Source: Eledone cirrhosa (taxonomy: Eukaryota). Taken from it: DNA of 64,000 bases. Below the pieces are notes generated by a model. That model was not told the DNA's origin and did no database searches. It saw only the letters and a program-made list of their open reading frames with translations. Positions within the stretch are counted from its first letter, which is position 1, and the number at the start of each line of letters is the position of its first letter. The position numbers and the translations under genes were made by a program. The stretch is from NCBI GenBank assembly GCA_964016885.1, contig OZ024743.1:258044001-258108000 (forward strand), written 5' to 3'. Shown here piece by piece: positions 25,566 to 38,915 of this stretch.

Positions 25566-27907
25566 CATCCCAACATAGCTTAGTTGTCAGCGACCTCACG
25601 GTCAGAACTAGACGAGCCCTGAAACAGAGGCCAACCTGGAGAAGAAAGATCTGGAAGCTGAAAGTCCCCTCAACCAGTAACAGATTTAAAGATATTTTAC
25701 TCAACGCCTACGACAGTAAAGAAGAACAGATAGAGACATTTAACGTAGAAGAGAACTGGGAGTTCCTAAAAAATAACTTACTAGAGGCGACGGATGAGGT
25801 TTGTGGCTGGAGTAAGACCTCAAGCAGGAGGAGAGTGACTTGGTGGTGGAACAATAAGGTAGATGAAGCAGTCAAGGCCAAGAGACAGGCATGGAAAGAA
25901 TGGAAGAACGGGGGGAGCAGGGTACATTACATAGAGACCAAGAGGGAAGCTAGGCGACAAGTATACTTAGCTAGGAGGGAAGCAGAGGATAGAAAATTCA
26001 AGCATGTTTTACAACGTGAGGACCAGAAACAGGAGGTATTCAAGATTGCGAGGCAGTGTGTCAGAGATAGTTGTGATGTCATTGGAGAGAAGTGTATCCG
26101 GAATGATAAAGGTGAGCTTGCCCTCACAAGTGCTGAGAAGAAAGATGCATGGAAGAGTCATTATGATAGATTACTAAATGAGGAGAATGCATGGGAAGAA
26201 GAGACCCTACCCCACGTAGACCCTATAGAGGGACCAGCAGTACAAGTCAGCGGCAGCGTAGTAATTAAGGCAATCAGAGATATGAAGATAGGGAAGGCAA
26301 CCGGTCCATCGGGTATAGCTGCCGAGATGCTGAAGGCATCTGGGTCTGTAGGTCACACTATAACCACACGTATCGTTAACCAGGTAATACTAGAGGGGGC
26401 CATACCAAAAGATTGGTGCAGTAGCATCATTGTCAACTGCTACAAAGGTAAAGGCGATGCACTAGATAGAGGAAACTATAGAGGTATAAAGTTGATGGAC
26501 CAGGTCATGAAAGTAACAGAAAGAGTTATAGCACAGCTGATTAGGGACCGGGTGAATATAGACGAGATGCAATTTGGGTTTGTACCAGGGAAAGGCACCA
26601 CTGATGCCCTCTTCCTTGTGAGGCAATTACAGGAAAAGTACCTAGCTAAAAGTAAGCCACTCTACTTGGCATTTGTCGACCTTGAGAAAGCCTTTGACAG
26701 AGTTCCACGTGCAGTAATCTGGTGGGCTCTTAGAAAACTAGGAGTAGATGAATGGCTTGTGAAAGCGGTACAAGCCATGTATAGGGGAGCAGTCAGCAAA
26801 GTTAGGATTGGCAATGAGTATAGCGAGGAATTTAGCGTACAGGTTGGGGTCCACCAGGGCTCTGTTCTTAGCCCTCTCCTGTTCATCATAGTCCTGCAGG
26901 CAATAACGGAGGAGTTTAAGACCGGATGCCCATGGGAACTCCTGTATGCTGATGACCTCGCACTCATAGCTGAATCTATGGTAGAACTAGAGAATAAATT
27001 CCAAACCTGGAAGCAGGGACTAGAGAGAAAGGGCCTCAAAGTCAACATGACAAAGACTAAGGTCCTTGTAAGTAGACGAGAAAACAGAACCCAGATCCCC
27101 TCAGGGAAATGGCCTTGCTCAGTATGTAGGAAAGGTGTAGGTAGAAACTCCATTCTCTGCCCCAAATGCAAACAATGGGTACACAAGAGATGTAGCGGGA
27201 TCTCAGGAAGCTTAATTAAGAATGTAGGATTCACATGCAGCAGCTGTGCTGAAACAGCAAGCAAACAGCCACAGGAAACAAGTACCACCAATCTCTGGGA
27301 GGGCCCTGTAGAAACAGTAGACAGCTTCTGCTACCTAGGTGACCAAATTAGCAACGGAGGTGGGTGCTCAGAAAGTACAATAACTAGGGTAAGAACGGGA
27401 TGGAAGAAGTTTAGGGAACTACTACCACTGCTAGCTGCAAAAGGCTTCTCCCTCAGAATGAAAGGCAGACTGTATGATGCGTGTATCCGAACAGCGATGT
27501 TGCATGGTAGTGAGACCTGGGCGCTGAAGGTGGAAGACTTACGTAGATTAGAGAGAAACGAAGCCTGCATGCTCCGATGGATGTGTAACAGTAATATACG
27601 TGAACGACAAAGCATAAAGGAATTGAGAGAGAGACTGAGCATAAGAGGAATCAAATGCTGCGTGCAGGAGAGGCGGTTACGCTGGTATGGACATGTGATG
27701 CGTATGAAGGATGACAGCTGCATAAAAAGGTGCAGAGCACTAGAAGTTGATGGAAACCGCGGAGTGGGGAGACCCAAGATGACTTGGGATGAGGTGATAA
27801 AAGCCGACCTTACCCAACTACACCTCTCAAAGTCAATGACACACGACCGTGACTTCTGGCGTCACACAGTAATACAGGGTACCCGACCTCCCATGGGTAC
27901 ATGCTGA
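25566..27907 (+). CDS. RTE LINE reverse transcriptase, 5' partial (the first ~48 aa of ORF 25421..27907 are flanking DNA)
   Basis: RT motifs KATGPSGI, NYRGIKL, QFGF, FVDLEKAFDRV, GVHQGSVLSPLLF, YADD, GLKVN, FCYLG; RTE C-terminus RRLRWYGHV..GRPK.TW; C4HC3 finger at 27116-27247. Confidence 0.9.
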
Positions 27908-28206
27908 AGCATATAAACAATATGCCCCCCCCCCTCCACCGCAAGGTGGCCGTGGAGGTGCCACGGCAAAAAAGCACCCAGCCCACACTGTAAAGTGGAC
28001 GTGTAGGCGCCACGAAAAAGCACCCAGCACTCACTGTAAATGAGGTTGGTGTTAGGAAGGGCATCCAGCTGTAGAAATCAAGCCAGATCAGTTCCTGTAT
28101 GAGCAAGGCATGGTCAGCCGACCAGACACTGCCCACAACAGGACAACCCGTCTAACCCATGCTAGCGTGGAAGAACGGACGTAAAACGGTGATGATGATG
28201 ATGATG

Positions 28207-28207
<1 letters not shown>
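25566..28207 (+). mobile_element. 5'-truncated young RTE-clade LINE with 3' UTR and (GAT)n tail
   Basis: Uninterrupted frame from the end of the APE domain (QHSLVVSDL) to the stop at 27907; both ends abut (TA)n. Confidence 0.95.
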
Positions 28208-28239
<32 letters not shown>

Positions 28240-28407
28240 TATATTTAAAATAATTAAGTCAAATATGTATATATATATATATATATATATTTGATGAAAG
28301 TCGATTGACTATCGATATATATATATATATATGTGAGTATATATGCGTATGTATATATGTATGTATATATATATAAGTGTATATATATATATGTATATCT
28401 ATATATA

Positions 28408-28450
<43 letters not shown>

Positions 28451-28827
28451 GTGTATATATATATATACACCTCAAGTATTGAGTACTCTGGTGAGTTATG
28501 GTCTAGTTGGTTTTTACCATACCCTATCTGATATATATATGTGTGTGTGAAGGCATGTGGCTTAGTGGTTAGAGAGTTGGATTCGTAATCATGAGGTTGC
28601 AAGTTCAATTCTCGGACTATGTTGTGTCCTTGAGCAAGACACTTTATTTCATGATGCCCCCTCTGCTAAGGAGTTGCAACTGGTAGATAGTATCAGCAAT
28701 GGAATGACCACAAAAGAGGTCCACCCCACTCAGCAGCTGAATGAGGTTTGGGATGTTGTCGATAAATCAGAGCAAGAGCAATATATATGTGTGTATATAT
28801 ATATATATGTATATATGTATGTATATG

Positions 28828-28858
<31 letters not shown>

Positions 28859-28880
28859 GCGTGTATGTGTGTGTGTGTAT

Positions 28881-30367
28881 TAGGGTGGCCCTTATTTTTC
28901 AACTTTCTAAAAGTTTAACTCCCACCCTGCTTTAACAAAAGATCAATCTATGCAAAAGTTTAGCTCAAGCAGACAACTGCAAGGCAACCCTCATCGACCA
29001 TCAAATTTTGAAGTTTTCCCCGGAAAGTCATCTTTTCAGATAAAAAATTTTTATCTCTTATATAATTTTCTCTTAAATTAAAAACTTCTTCAGACTTATT
29101 CTTCGTATAAAGGACAATAAATATAATGGGGAAGGCTACTTGCAAAGCTAGGGACAGAGCGCAGGTATAGGACAAACAGCTATTTTTTGCTGTGGGAGCA
29201 GCAAAATTTGAACTTTCAGAAAATTACCTATTGTTAAGGGCCACCCTAATATATATATATATATATATATATCCGTATGTGGTTGACAGCTGAGAGAAAT
29301 GATTACTCGGTATTGAGTAATGATATGTATATATATATACTCTCCTTACTATCCTTGCTTTCATATTTCTCCTTGCTCCCCTTATCTCATTGTATTTGTA
29401 TATAAACAGGTATATAGATAGAAGGAGAAAAGGAGAGAAAGGAGAAAAGGAGAGCAATGGGGAAAAAGAGAGCAAGGAGAGCAACGAGAAAAGGAGAGCA
29501 AGGAGAACAAGGAGAGGTTAAGGCAAATATTGCTCAAGTTATGCTGGTGAAGAAGAGGAAGAAAGAAAAATCAACTGAGGAGGTACATTCTGCCCCCAAA
29601 TGACTTTTCTTCCTTTACAAACATCGAGTTTTCATCTTTTGTAACTCCTGGTACAAAAACTTTCTTCACAAGATTTTCTATCAGCACCGATTTCCTCGGC
29701 AAAGTCCCTTCAACACGATCCTGGTTACAAAAGTGGACTTGAAAAACTTGAGAAGACAGTTGTTGTGAATGATGTTGCAGAAAGAGGTGTCAAACTCATT
29801 CAGGATTACAATAGCATTCTCACAAAAGATGAAACTGAGAAACAATTTGTTTTACAGATTGTTACCGACAACCGTAAAACATACCCAACTGCCACTAAAT
29901 CCTCTCTTTTTGTAAGAATAATGTTCAATATTCAGTGTTCACATTATGTTTTTGATTCTATAGAAATTATTGTTGCATATAAAAATACGTTTCTCTTATA
30001 GAAGGTGTGTGCTTTGTTAAAAAAACCTAATATTTCTTAAGTTTTTCATGAATTTTTCAAATTAACTATTGGTAAATTTTATTCAGAACGTTTTTAAACA
30101 TTTGCTGGGTGCCTGGATGTGTCCACATAAATTTCTCTAAGAAGAAAAAAGAAATGGTCGAGATAGGGAACAGTATACCACTTTTGCACAGAATTAATTG
30201 TTAAGTATACTATGTTCTAACTTCAAGGCGTTTGAGGGTCACCTCACGTTTGTCCGATTGAGCTGAGATTTTGCACATCCTGTGCTTTTGTTGATTGGAA
30301 CAAGATTAGGGTGGGAGCAGCAAAATTTTAACTTTCGGAAAATTACCTATTACTAAGGGCCACCCTA
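28881..30367 (+). mobile_element. hAT-type (hATm-like) DNA transposon relic: one left end, two right ends, transposase C-terminal fragment
   Basis: TIR TAGGGTGGCCCTTA at 28881; TAAGGGCCACCCTA ending at 29248 and 30367; ORF 29765 VNDVAERGVKLIQDYNSILTKDETEKQFVLQIV. The superfamily call is from recall. Confidence 0.65.
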
Positions 30368-30606
30368 CTATATATCATCATCATCATTTTACGTCCGTTC
30401 TTCCATGCTAGCATGGGTTAGACGGGTTGTCTTGCTGTTGGCAGTGTCTGGTCGGCTGACCTTGTTTTGCTCATACTGGGACTGATTCTGGCTTTATTTC
30501 TACAGCTGGATGCCCTTCCTCACACCAACTTCAATTACAGTGAGTGCTGGGTGTTTTTTTGCCATGGCACCTCCACAACCACTTTGCAGGAGGGGGGGGG
30601 GGATAT

Positions 30607-30653
<47 letters not shown>

Positions 30654-30957
30654 GTTTATATATATATATATATATAAATCACTTCTACAAGACTATAACT
30701 AATTCATTCAATTCATTTCGAAAATAGCAGTCATTTCTATATGAAATATATAAATCTTTTCTACTAATATATTGAATACTCAATTCAACTGATTCTTTTC
30801 TGTTCCCCTTCAGAAAAACATTCTTCATTATATATACATCATCATCATCACCATTTAATGTCTTATTTTAGATGCTTACATATATATATGTGTGTGTATC
30901 CCAGGTTCAATCAGGGGTAACCGCAGTAAGGTACTCAATACATAGTAGAGTGTAAAC

Positions 30958-31091
30958 AATATTTAATATAGAAATGGCTTCTACAGGACTAGAACTGTTT
31001 CATTGGAAGGAAATCATCAGGAAAGCCCCTGATGATTTCCTTTGTATGAAACAGTTCTAGTCATGTAGAAGCCATTTCTATATTAAATATT
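30958..31091. repeat. Head-to-head inverted pair of hammerhead motifs (arms of about 64 bp)
   Basis: Minus strand ggctttc CTGATGA tttccttccaat GAAA cag ttctagtc ctG TA gaagcc, mirrored on the plus strand from 31029; degenerate relative near 5866-5915. Confidence 0.7.
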
Positions 31092-33283
31092 AAATATCAT
31101 CATCATCACCGTTTTACCTCCATTCTTCCATGCTAGCATGGGTTAGATGGCTTGTCCTGTTGTGGGCAATATTAGGTCGGGTAACCTTGACACAAACACT
31201 CACACACATACAGACATCAGATATATGTATCTATCTATCACTTTTACTCTTTTACTGACTTCAGTCATTTGATTGTAGGTAAGCTGCTTGAGCATTGCCT
31301 CAAAGGTATTTAGTTCATTATATTCATCACCACCGTTTAATATCTATTTACCATGCTTGCAAGTGTTAGGTAGATTTTTATGTTATGTGACTAACCAGGT
31401 TAGGTGGTTAGTCAAGGATGGCCTTCCTCACACCAACTATATTACAGTTTTTACTGAACTCTTTTCTCATGGCACTACCGAAACCACCTTACAGTGTAGA
31501 CTGGGTGCTTTTTGCAGTGTCACCTTGATGACCACCAAACATTGTGGATTAGGTGGATTTTTAAGTGGTACTAGCACAACAGCCTTTCAGAGTGTACTGG
31601 GTGCTTCTTGTTGTTGCATCAATACGACCACCTTACAGGGTGGGCCGGTTGATTTTTGTTTGTGTGGCACCACTGTACAAGGTAGGTTGGATGGGAAAGA
31701 GGTATCAAGGGTATGGATGGGTGAGGGAGTACATTGATATAGTCATTAGACATCTATTCTCTCAAGTTCACCTAAATTAGATGGGCTGTCACACTCTGAG
31801 ACTAGGCCAGACAGGAGACTACGTCTAGTTCGTACATTCCATTTTTGTTTTGGCTTGGTCTCTCTCACCAGATGCTTTTCCTAGTCCTAATCAGGCCTTC
31901 TGTCTTGGTACAAGGTTGGACATGTCTGGCCTTCCAGGATGGCATGAGGTGTTTGTATATTGGTATGGGTTCGGTTGGGCTAGGAAATGAGGATGAATTT
32001 TGGACGAAACTGTTTTCCAATGTTGAAAGTAAATTGACAAGGTGGGGGATGGCTGTATTTCTGTGATGGCAAGAATTGTTTGATATGCAAGGTGAGGTGG
32101 GAATGAAGGAAATGGATGGGGCAGTCTAAGGTACTTAGATAATGAAGGGGAAGTGAGTATTAATTTGGAGGAGGTGTATGTGGGACATTGGTGCAGACTG
32201 TACTCTCTGTTTGTTTCATCCTGTGTTTATGTGTGTATATATATATATATATCAAGATAAATTAACGGAGCCATAGACTCTCGTTATTCCCTGTAAATTA
32301 TATGCTCAAAGGAAAAGGAATCCTGAGCCCTTTAAAATACAATGTGTAGAAAGGATAACACACTAGAGAGAGAGAGATAGTGTGTGCCATCAATAAAACA
32401 GGGAAACCACCAGTGTATGGAATCTATAACTATGGAAGGCAGGGTAGACACACAATAATTAAAAATATAAATTAAAATGCGCATACGCACCTCTATAACT
32501 ATATAACACACATGTACAAATCCAAAGAGATCTGTTTCGCCAAGAAATTATTGCAGATGATCCAACTTAAGGTGGAAGCAGAAATTCATTGTTTAAATTT
32601 TTCATCTGTACTAATGATAAATATTTGCTCTACAGATTTATATATATACACACACACACATATATATACTCTGTAGTGTTTTACCTAATCAAGTTAGGAT
32701 TATAACCATTATAAAACTTGATGTAGCGTTGATGGGAATATCTTATCGAAGCAAAATGAAATCTAATTTTGTGGAAAGATGATATCCCTATATGTGTTGT
32801 TGAGTATCCATTGTTTCTGAGGGTCATTATTGAATGATGAAGTGCCAGAAGATTCCAGTGGAAGGTAGATGCAGTAGAGGAAGACTGATGAAGACCTGGG
32901 CAGAAGTGATGAGAGCTGATTTCACAGAAGAGATGACAAAAGCATGCAAAAAGTGGAGAGAAGTCATGTTGGAGAAGATCAATCCAACACATGCAAGCAT
33001 AGAAAGACAGACATATAATTATGATGGTGATGATTTTGAAGCAGGGCAATGTCAATTATGTCAATACCCTGGTACTTCACTAATACTTTCTTGTCCTATT
33101 TAATACTTTAATGTATACACAAGGCTGCAAATCTTGAGGTGAACATCAGTCAATTAAACCTACCCTAATATAATACTGGTACTTTTTTTTATTGAATGGG
33201 GTAGGATGAAAAACGAAGTTGATTTCGGTGAGATTTTAACTTAGAATGTAAAAAAAAAAAAACTAATCAAAGCCTGAAATTAA

Positions 33284-33980
33284 CATTTAAGTGGTTGAGT
33301 ATTCCACACACATGTGCATCCTGAATGTAATCATTCTCAGGGAGATACATGACACAATATGTGATAAAACTGGACCTTTGAATTACAAATAGACCCTGTT
33401 ATATTTACATGTAAGTGGCTGAGTATTCCACAGACATATGTACCTTAATTAATAATTCTATCAGAGATTCAGCATGACACAGTGTGTGACAAGACTCTAC
33501 ATTTAACCCATTAACATTTACATTACTCAATATATACTATTGAATTTTTATTGTAAAGGCTTTATCTTACATAATATCGAATCTACAAGATTTTGATGTT
33601 ATTTATTTTGAGAACAATCCCTTAACTTCAGTATTAGTGGCCAGTTACAGCCGGTTTGAACAGATATAGGTAAGAGAATTCTGACTGGATATGGCCGGTT
33701 TAAATGCTAAAGGGTTAAATTACAGATAGTCCATGTCATATTAACATGTAAGTGGCTAAATATTCTACAGACATGTTTACCTTTAATACTCAAAGAGGGA
33801 AATTCATCAGGACAAAGTGCGTGAAAATGTTAGCCTTTTAGAATAACTGAGTTACACTGATATGCCATAAGTCAACCCCAAACTATGATAAATGTTACTT
33901 CTTACCTAAGGTGCCAGACAGTGAAATTGAAACTGGAACCTCATGATTGCAAAATGAATATCTTAACCATTTGACCATGC
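33284..33980 (-). mobile_element. SINE family D with its internal segment (about 120 bp) tandemly amplified; TTAA MITE nested at 33503-33718
   Basis: Repeats of taagtggctgagtattccacagacat..ttctcagggagattcagcatgacac; decayed tRNA head on the minus strand at about 33900-33980. Confidence 0.65.
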
Positions 33981-34674
33981 AGCAGCTATTCAACAACAAT
34001 ATTGACAACAATTGGAGGAGTTATTCTAGTTGTAAGTAGCAAGAATGGAATGGATTTCAGATTTGAGGTGACAGCAAGTGTTGTGTGAAGAGAGAGTGAA
34101 GGGACAGAGAAACAAAGAGTAGTTGAGAGAGAGTGAGAGAGACAGGAGTACTTGAGAGAGACAGAAAGGGGTCAGTAAGACAAAGAATGGGGAGTAATTC
34201 AGAAAATATTTATTAATAAGTGTCATTCTTGAAGCACATTGACTAGAAGTGGAGAGTCATCAAGTGGTTGTGTATGAATGGGTAAATATTAATGTTCAAA
34301 GTGAAATCAAGAAGTAAAATGTTCTTTGTAAATTATCTTGATGATACCTTACACATATTGCCTAAAGTCATTGATAATGATATGTTAACCCTTTTCATTC
34401 CAAACTGCCTGAAACCAACCTTGGATCTCTGGTATTTTAAAATATTTACATTTATCTTAAAACCTGTCACCATAATTTTTTGCAAAAACCTTTAAATTAT
34501 GCCCAAAACACCAACTTAATAATGAGAAAGTTATATTAATAAATTGCTCCAAATTCTTGATTATTTTCAAACTTATTTGAATATCATAGGCCATGTCTTT
34601 CATTAGAAATATAGTAATAAAAGGGTTGATAATGAGAAAGTTATAGATGGTGAATTGGCAGAGCCAGTAAAAAT

Positions 34675-35780
34675 GTTAATAATTCTCAGTGAGATTCAGC
34701 AAGACAGTGTGTGACAGAGACTACCCTTTGAATTACAGTTACAGTTGATTTTGTATTACAGTGTAAATTTTACAGAGGCATGTATGTTTAACTAAATTCT
34801 CAGGGAGAATCTGTATGACAGTGTGTGACAAGGTTGGATTTTTTAATTATCTATCTTATACTATAGTGTAAGTGATTCAGCATTCCACAGATATGTATAC
34901 TCTTAACGTAATTCTCAGGGAGATTCAGCATTACACTCTGTAACCTTTGGATTATTATAAATAAAACCGATCTTGTACTAAAGTGTAAGTGACTCAGCAT
35001 TCCTCAAATATGTGTACTCTGAATGTAATTCTCAGGGAGATTCACTCAAATATGTGTACTCTGAATGTAATTCTCAGGGAGATTACACTCTGTAACCTTT
35101 GGATTCATCATCATCATCATCATCGTTTAACGTCCATTTTCCCCGCTAGCATGGGTCTGGACGGGAATTGTCCCACTTGAGGCAAGATTGGTTGTCTTGC
35201 TCAGGGCTGTCTGGCGGGTTTTCTATGGCTGGATGCCCTTCTTAACACCAACCATGTTTACAGTGTGGACTGGGAGGTTTTTACCATGTTACCTGCATGG
35301 CCACATTACAGCGTGGACTGTGTTTTTTTGTCGTGACACCTACATGACCTCATTTATTTAGGACTTGATATTGTGGTACCAACATAGCTTTACATCGAAA
35401 GGGGTGGCGTAGATGGCGGTGGGGGTAGGGTTAGTGGGACGGGGGTGTATTTTGGTTAAGAGGTTCCTACTGACTGTAGGTTTCGCTTTGTACTTAGGCA
35501 AGGTGGGTCTTCTGTATTACTAAGTAGTGCCAAAGATCTCGGATTATTACAAGTAAAACTGATCTTGTACTAAAGTATAAATAACTCAGCATTCCTCAAA
35601 TATGTGTACTCTGAATGTAATTCTCAGGGAGATTCAACATTACACTCTGTAACCTTTGGATTATTACAAGTAAAACCGATCTTGTACTAAAGTGTAAGTG
35701 ACTCAGCATTCCTCAAATATGTGTACTCTTAATGTAATTCTCAGGGAGATTGTGTAACCTTTGGATTATTACAGGTACAG
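34675..35780. repeat. Tandem array (unit about 115-120 bp) of the same SINE-D segment, interrupted by an RTE tail
   Basis: About 6 units; RTE 3' piece on the minus strand at 35106-35540 flanked by GGATT on both sides. Confidence 0.8.
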
Positions 35781-36063
35781 TCATGTCACAAGTAAGATAT
35801 TTCTAGAAAAGTTATATAATTAAAATCTTCCCATACAATATTAATAGCTAACATTTTCCAACCAAATACAATCTTGAGTGTTGCAATTAAAACTGTTGAT
35901 GATGAATGAGAAGATTTGATCCTGCAATAGAATTTCATTAGAATCCTGGGATAACTTGCAACTACGAATGAAATTCAATTTATTTATTTAAGTCCTCTTC
36001 TTTCCTTCCTTAGCCTCTTCTTCTTCTTGTATATATATTATATACATGTGTGTGTATATACAC

Positions 36064-36388
36064 AGGAAGACCTGGGATGAGGTGATAAAAGCCGACCTTA
36101 CCCAATTACACCTCTCAAAGGCGATGACACATGACCATGACCTCTGGCGTCACGCAGTAATACAGAGTACCCGACCTCCCATTGGTACAAGCTGAAGCAT
36201 ATAGACAATATGCCCCACACCGTCCCACTGTAAAGTGGTCGTGGAGGTGCCACGGCAAAAAAGCACCCACCCCACACTGTAAAGTGGACGTGTAGGCGCC
36301 ACGGAAAAAAGCACCCAGCACTCACTGTAAATGAGGTTGGTGTTAGGAAGGGCATCCAGCTGTAGAAATCAAGCCAAAATCAGTTCCA
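36064..36388 (+). mobile_element. RTE LINE fragment (ORF end and partial 3' UTR)
   Basis: Near-identical to 27775-28095. Confidence 0.9.
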
Positions 36389-38121
36389 CACCTACCTAAG
36401 GTACCACATAATGAAACAGAACCTATATCCTCATAAATGTGGAGCAAACTTTTTAACCCTGCCTATATCTACATTATGGTGAGTGTGTATACAGAACAAT
36501 GTATTTTATGGCATGGAAGGGTTTAAAATAAATGAAAAATTATAAAAATTACCTCACCGTACATGACACAATATTGGATATTATCCCTTAAAACACTATG
36601 GAGCGCACTGAATTAATTTATTGATCTGTAAACTGCACCAATCTTTTCTGAATATCATTTATCGATGATCTTGTGATTGATTTTAAACTTGTACAGTCAT
36701 TAATAATTCATTTAAAAGGAAAGATTTTTGCTTGATGGCAATAACACTGCATAGCCAAATCTTTCAGAAGTTCATTTCACAATTATAATTCTTCAAGTTT
36801 GGTCACAGTGTGCAGTATTTTATGTTGGGTATGTGTTATTTGCCATATCCTCACATTGACCCGAGTATTGTGAGTGAAAGTGAGTATGTATACTGTCTCT
36901 GGAGCTTAAAGTATGTACCACTTTATCTTCTTGAGAAACAATGATGCATTTGTTGTTGGTTCTGAGGTGGATTGTGGCACTGACAATGAAAAACAGATAA
37001 GATGCTCAAGGCTAAAAATCTTTGATCACATGACTGCTCAATTAGCTAAAGCTAAACAAGAAGGCAAATTTCAAGAATTGTTAGAGTATATGATAAAATG
37101 CTTTGCATTGTCCGTTCCAGCTTGGTGAAGGATTGGCAATGGATAAAATGTTGTAGCAGTATTTTATTTTGGCATTTAACATCCTGAGTTCAAATTCCAC
37201 TGAGGTCGACTATGCCTTTTATCTTTCCCAAGTAGATAAAATAAAACATCAGTTAAGTACTGGTGTCTGTATAGTTGACATTCTCCTCCCCTCAAATTGC
37301 TTTTGGTTTCTGTGTTCATATCCCACAAAGAGCAACTTTACTTTCCACCCTTCTCAGAGTCAACAAAATAAAGTACCAGCCAGGATGGTAGACTGATGGA
37401 AATGTTAGAGCATCAGATGAGACACATACCTTGCAGTATTTGTCCTGGCTTTTTGTTCTCTGAGTTTAAACCACACTGTCCCTACTTGGATGCCTTTATT
37501 GGAAATATTGGCCTCTGGTTTCCAGATTGTGGATACTTTTCTACTTCCCTTACCCCATCAGTCTCAGAAGCCCTGAAAAAGCTTATCATCACTACCCTTC
37601 TCTTCTTCCTGTCTAAATGGTAGAGATCTGGTCCCTTATTTCCACCAATATCCAAAGCCCTGAAAAGAGTTAAGGGTATTGCCCTTTGCTCCTTGACTAA
37701 ATGCTATGTATCTATCTCTAGGAAAATTTACTCTGAATTTGGTCCAGGCTTCTGGTTTATGAATATCTTTCTCTCTTTCTCCATCCACCAAATATGGAAG
37801 CCCTGAAAAAGGGTCATAGACACAGTCCTTCCATGTCTTTGACTAAATTGACCCCCACTCACACACACAAAAAAAAGAAACAAAAAATACAAGAACAGTA
37901 CCCTAAAAAAGGTTAAAGTGTGAAAAGTGTTAATATGAGAAGAAACATTGGGGATGTGGTAGGGGTAATGAAATAATTTAAATGGGAGCAGTTTAGTGCA
38001 GCTTTTCAATAGGTCACACAGTTATGGTGCTGTATTGTGATGATGATGATGATGGAGAAGGAAAAAGAGAACCAAAAAAATAAATAATCAGTTTGCCAAA
38101 ATGAAATCAATTAGCAATAGC

Positions 38122-38192
<71 letters not shown>

Positions 38193-38362
38193 ACGCATGC
38201 ATGCATACATATACTGAGATACACTTCTACATACAAATGCATTCACATGCACACATCTACATACATGCACATACTTATGCATGCATGTACACTCACTTTC
38301 ACTCTTTTACTCACTCATTCTCTTTCCCTCATATCCTCTCTCTGCTTCTTCATCAATATATT

Positions 38363-38464
<102 letters not shown>

Positions 38465-38597
38465 CTGTTTCTCTCTCTGTCTGTTTCAGTACTGAAATGG
38501 CAGCTGACTCTGTGACAAGCAACTCTTAAAGGAAAACTTGTCTATAACTATTCCAATATGGTTTTAACCAAATATATGTGTGTAAATATATATATAT

Positions 38598-38636
<39 letters not shown>

Positions 38637-38670
38637 CATCATCATATATATACAAATGTGTGTGTGTATA

Positions 38671-38726
<56 letters not shown>

Positions 38727-38861
38727 ATGATGATGATGATGATTCTCTGAATAAGGCTTAAAATTCTTTATATACATACATACAATAGTTTATGCTATGA
38801 ATATATGTATACAAACACATGCACACACACCTGTACATTCAAACACACACAAATGTATGAT

Positions 38862-38915
<54 letters not shown>

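Noticed and set aside
26662-27777. Long antisense ORFs (209 and 148 aa)
   Set aside because: Shadows of the RTE RT ORF on the opposite strand
32500-32640. Minus strand cGAAACAGATCT in a (TA)n-flanked insert
   Set aside because: No upstream core found; cannot call a ribozyme
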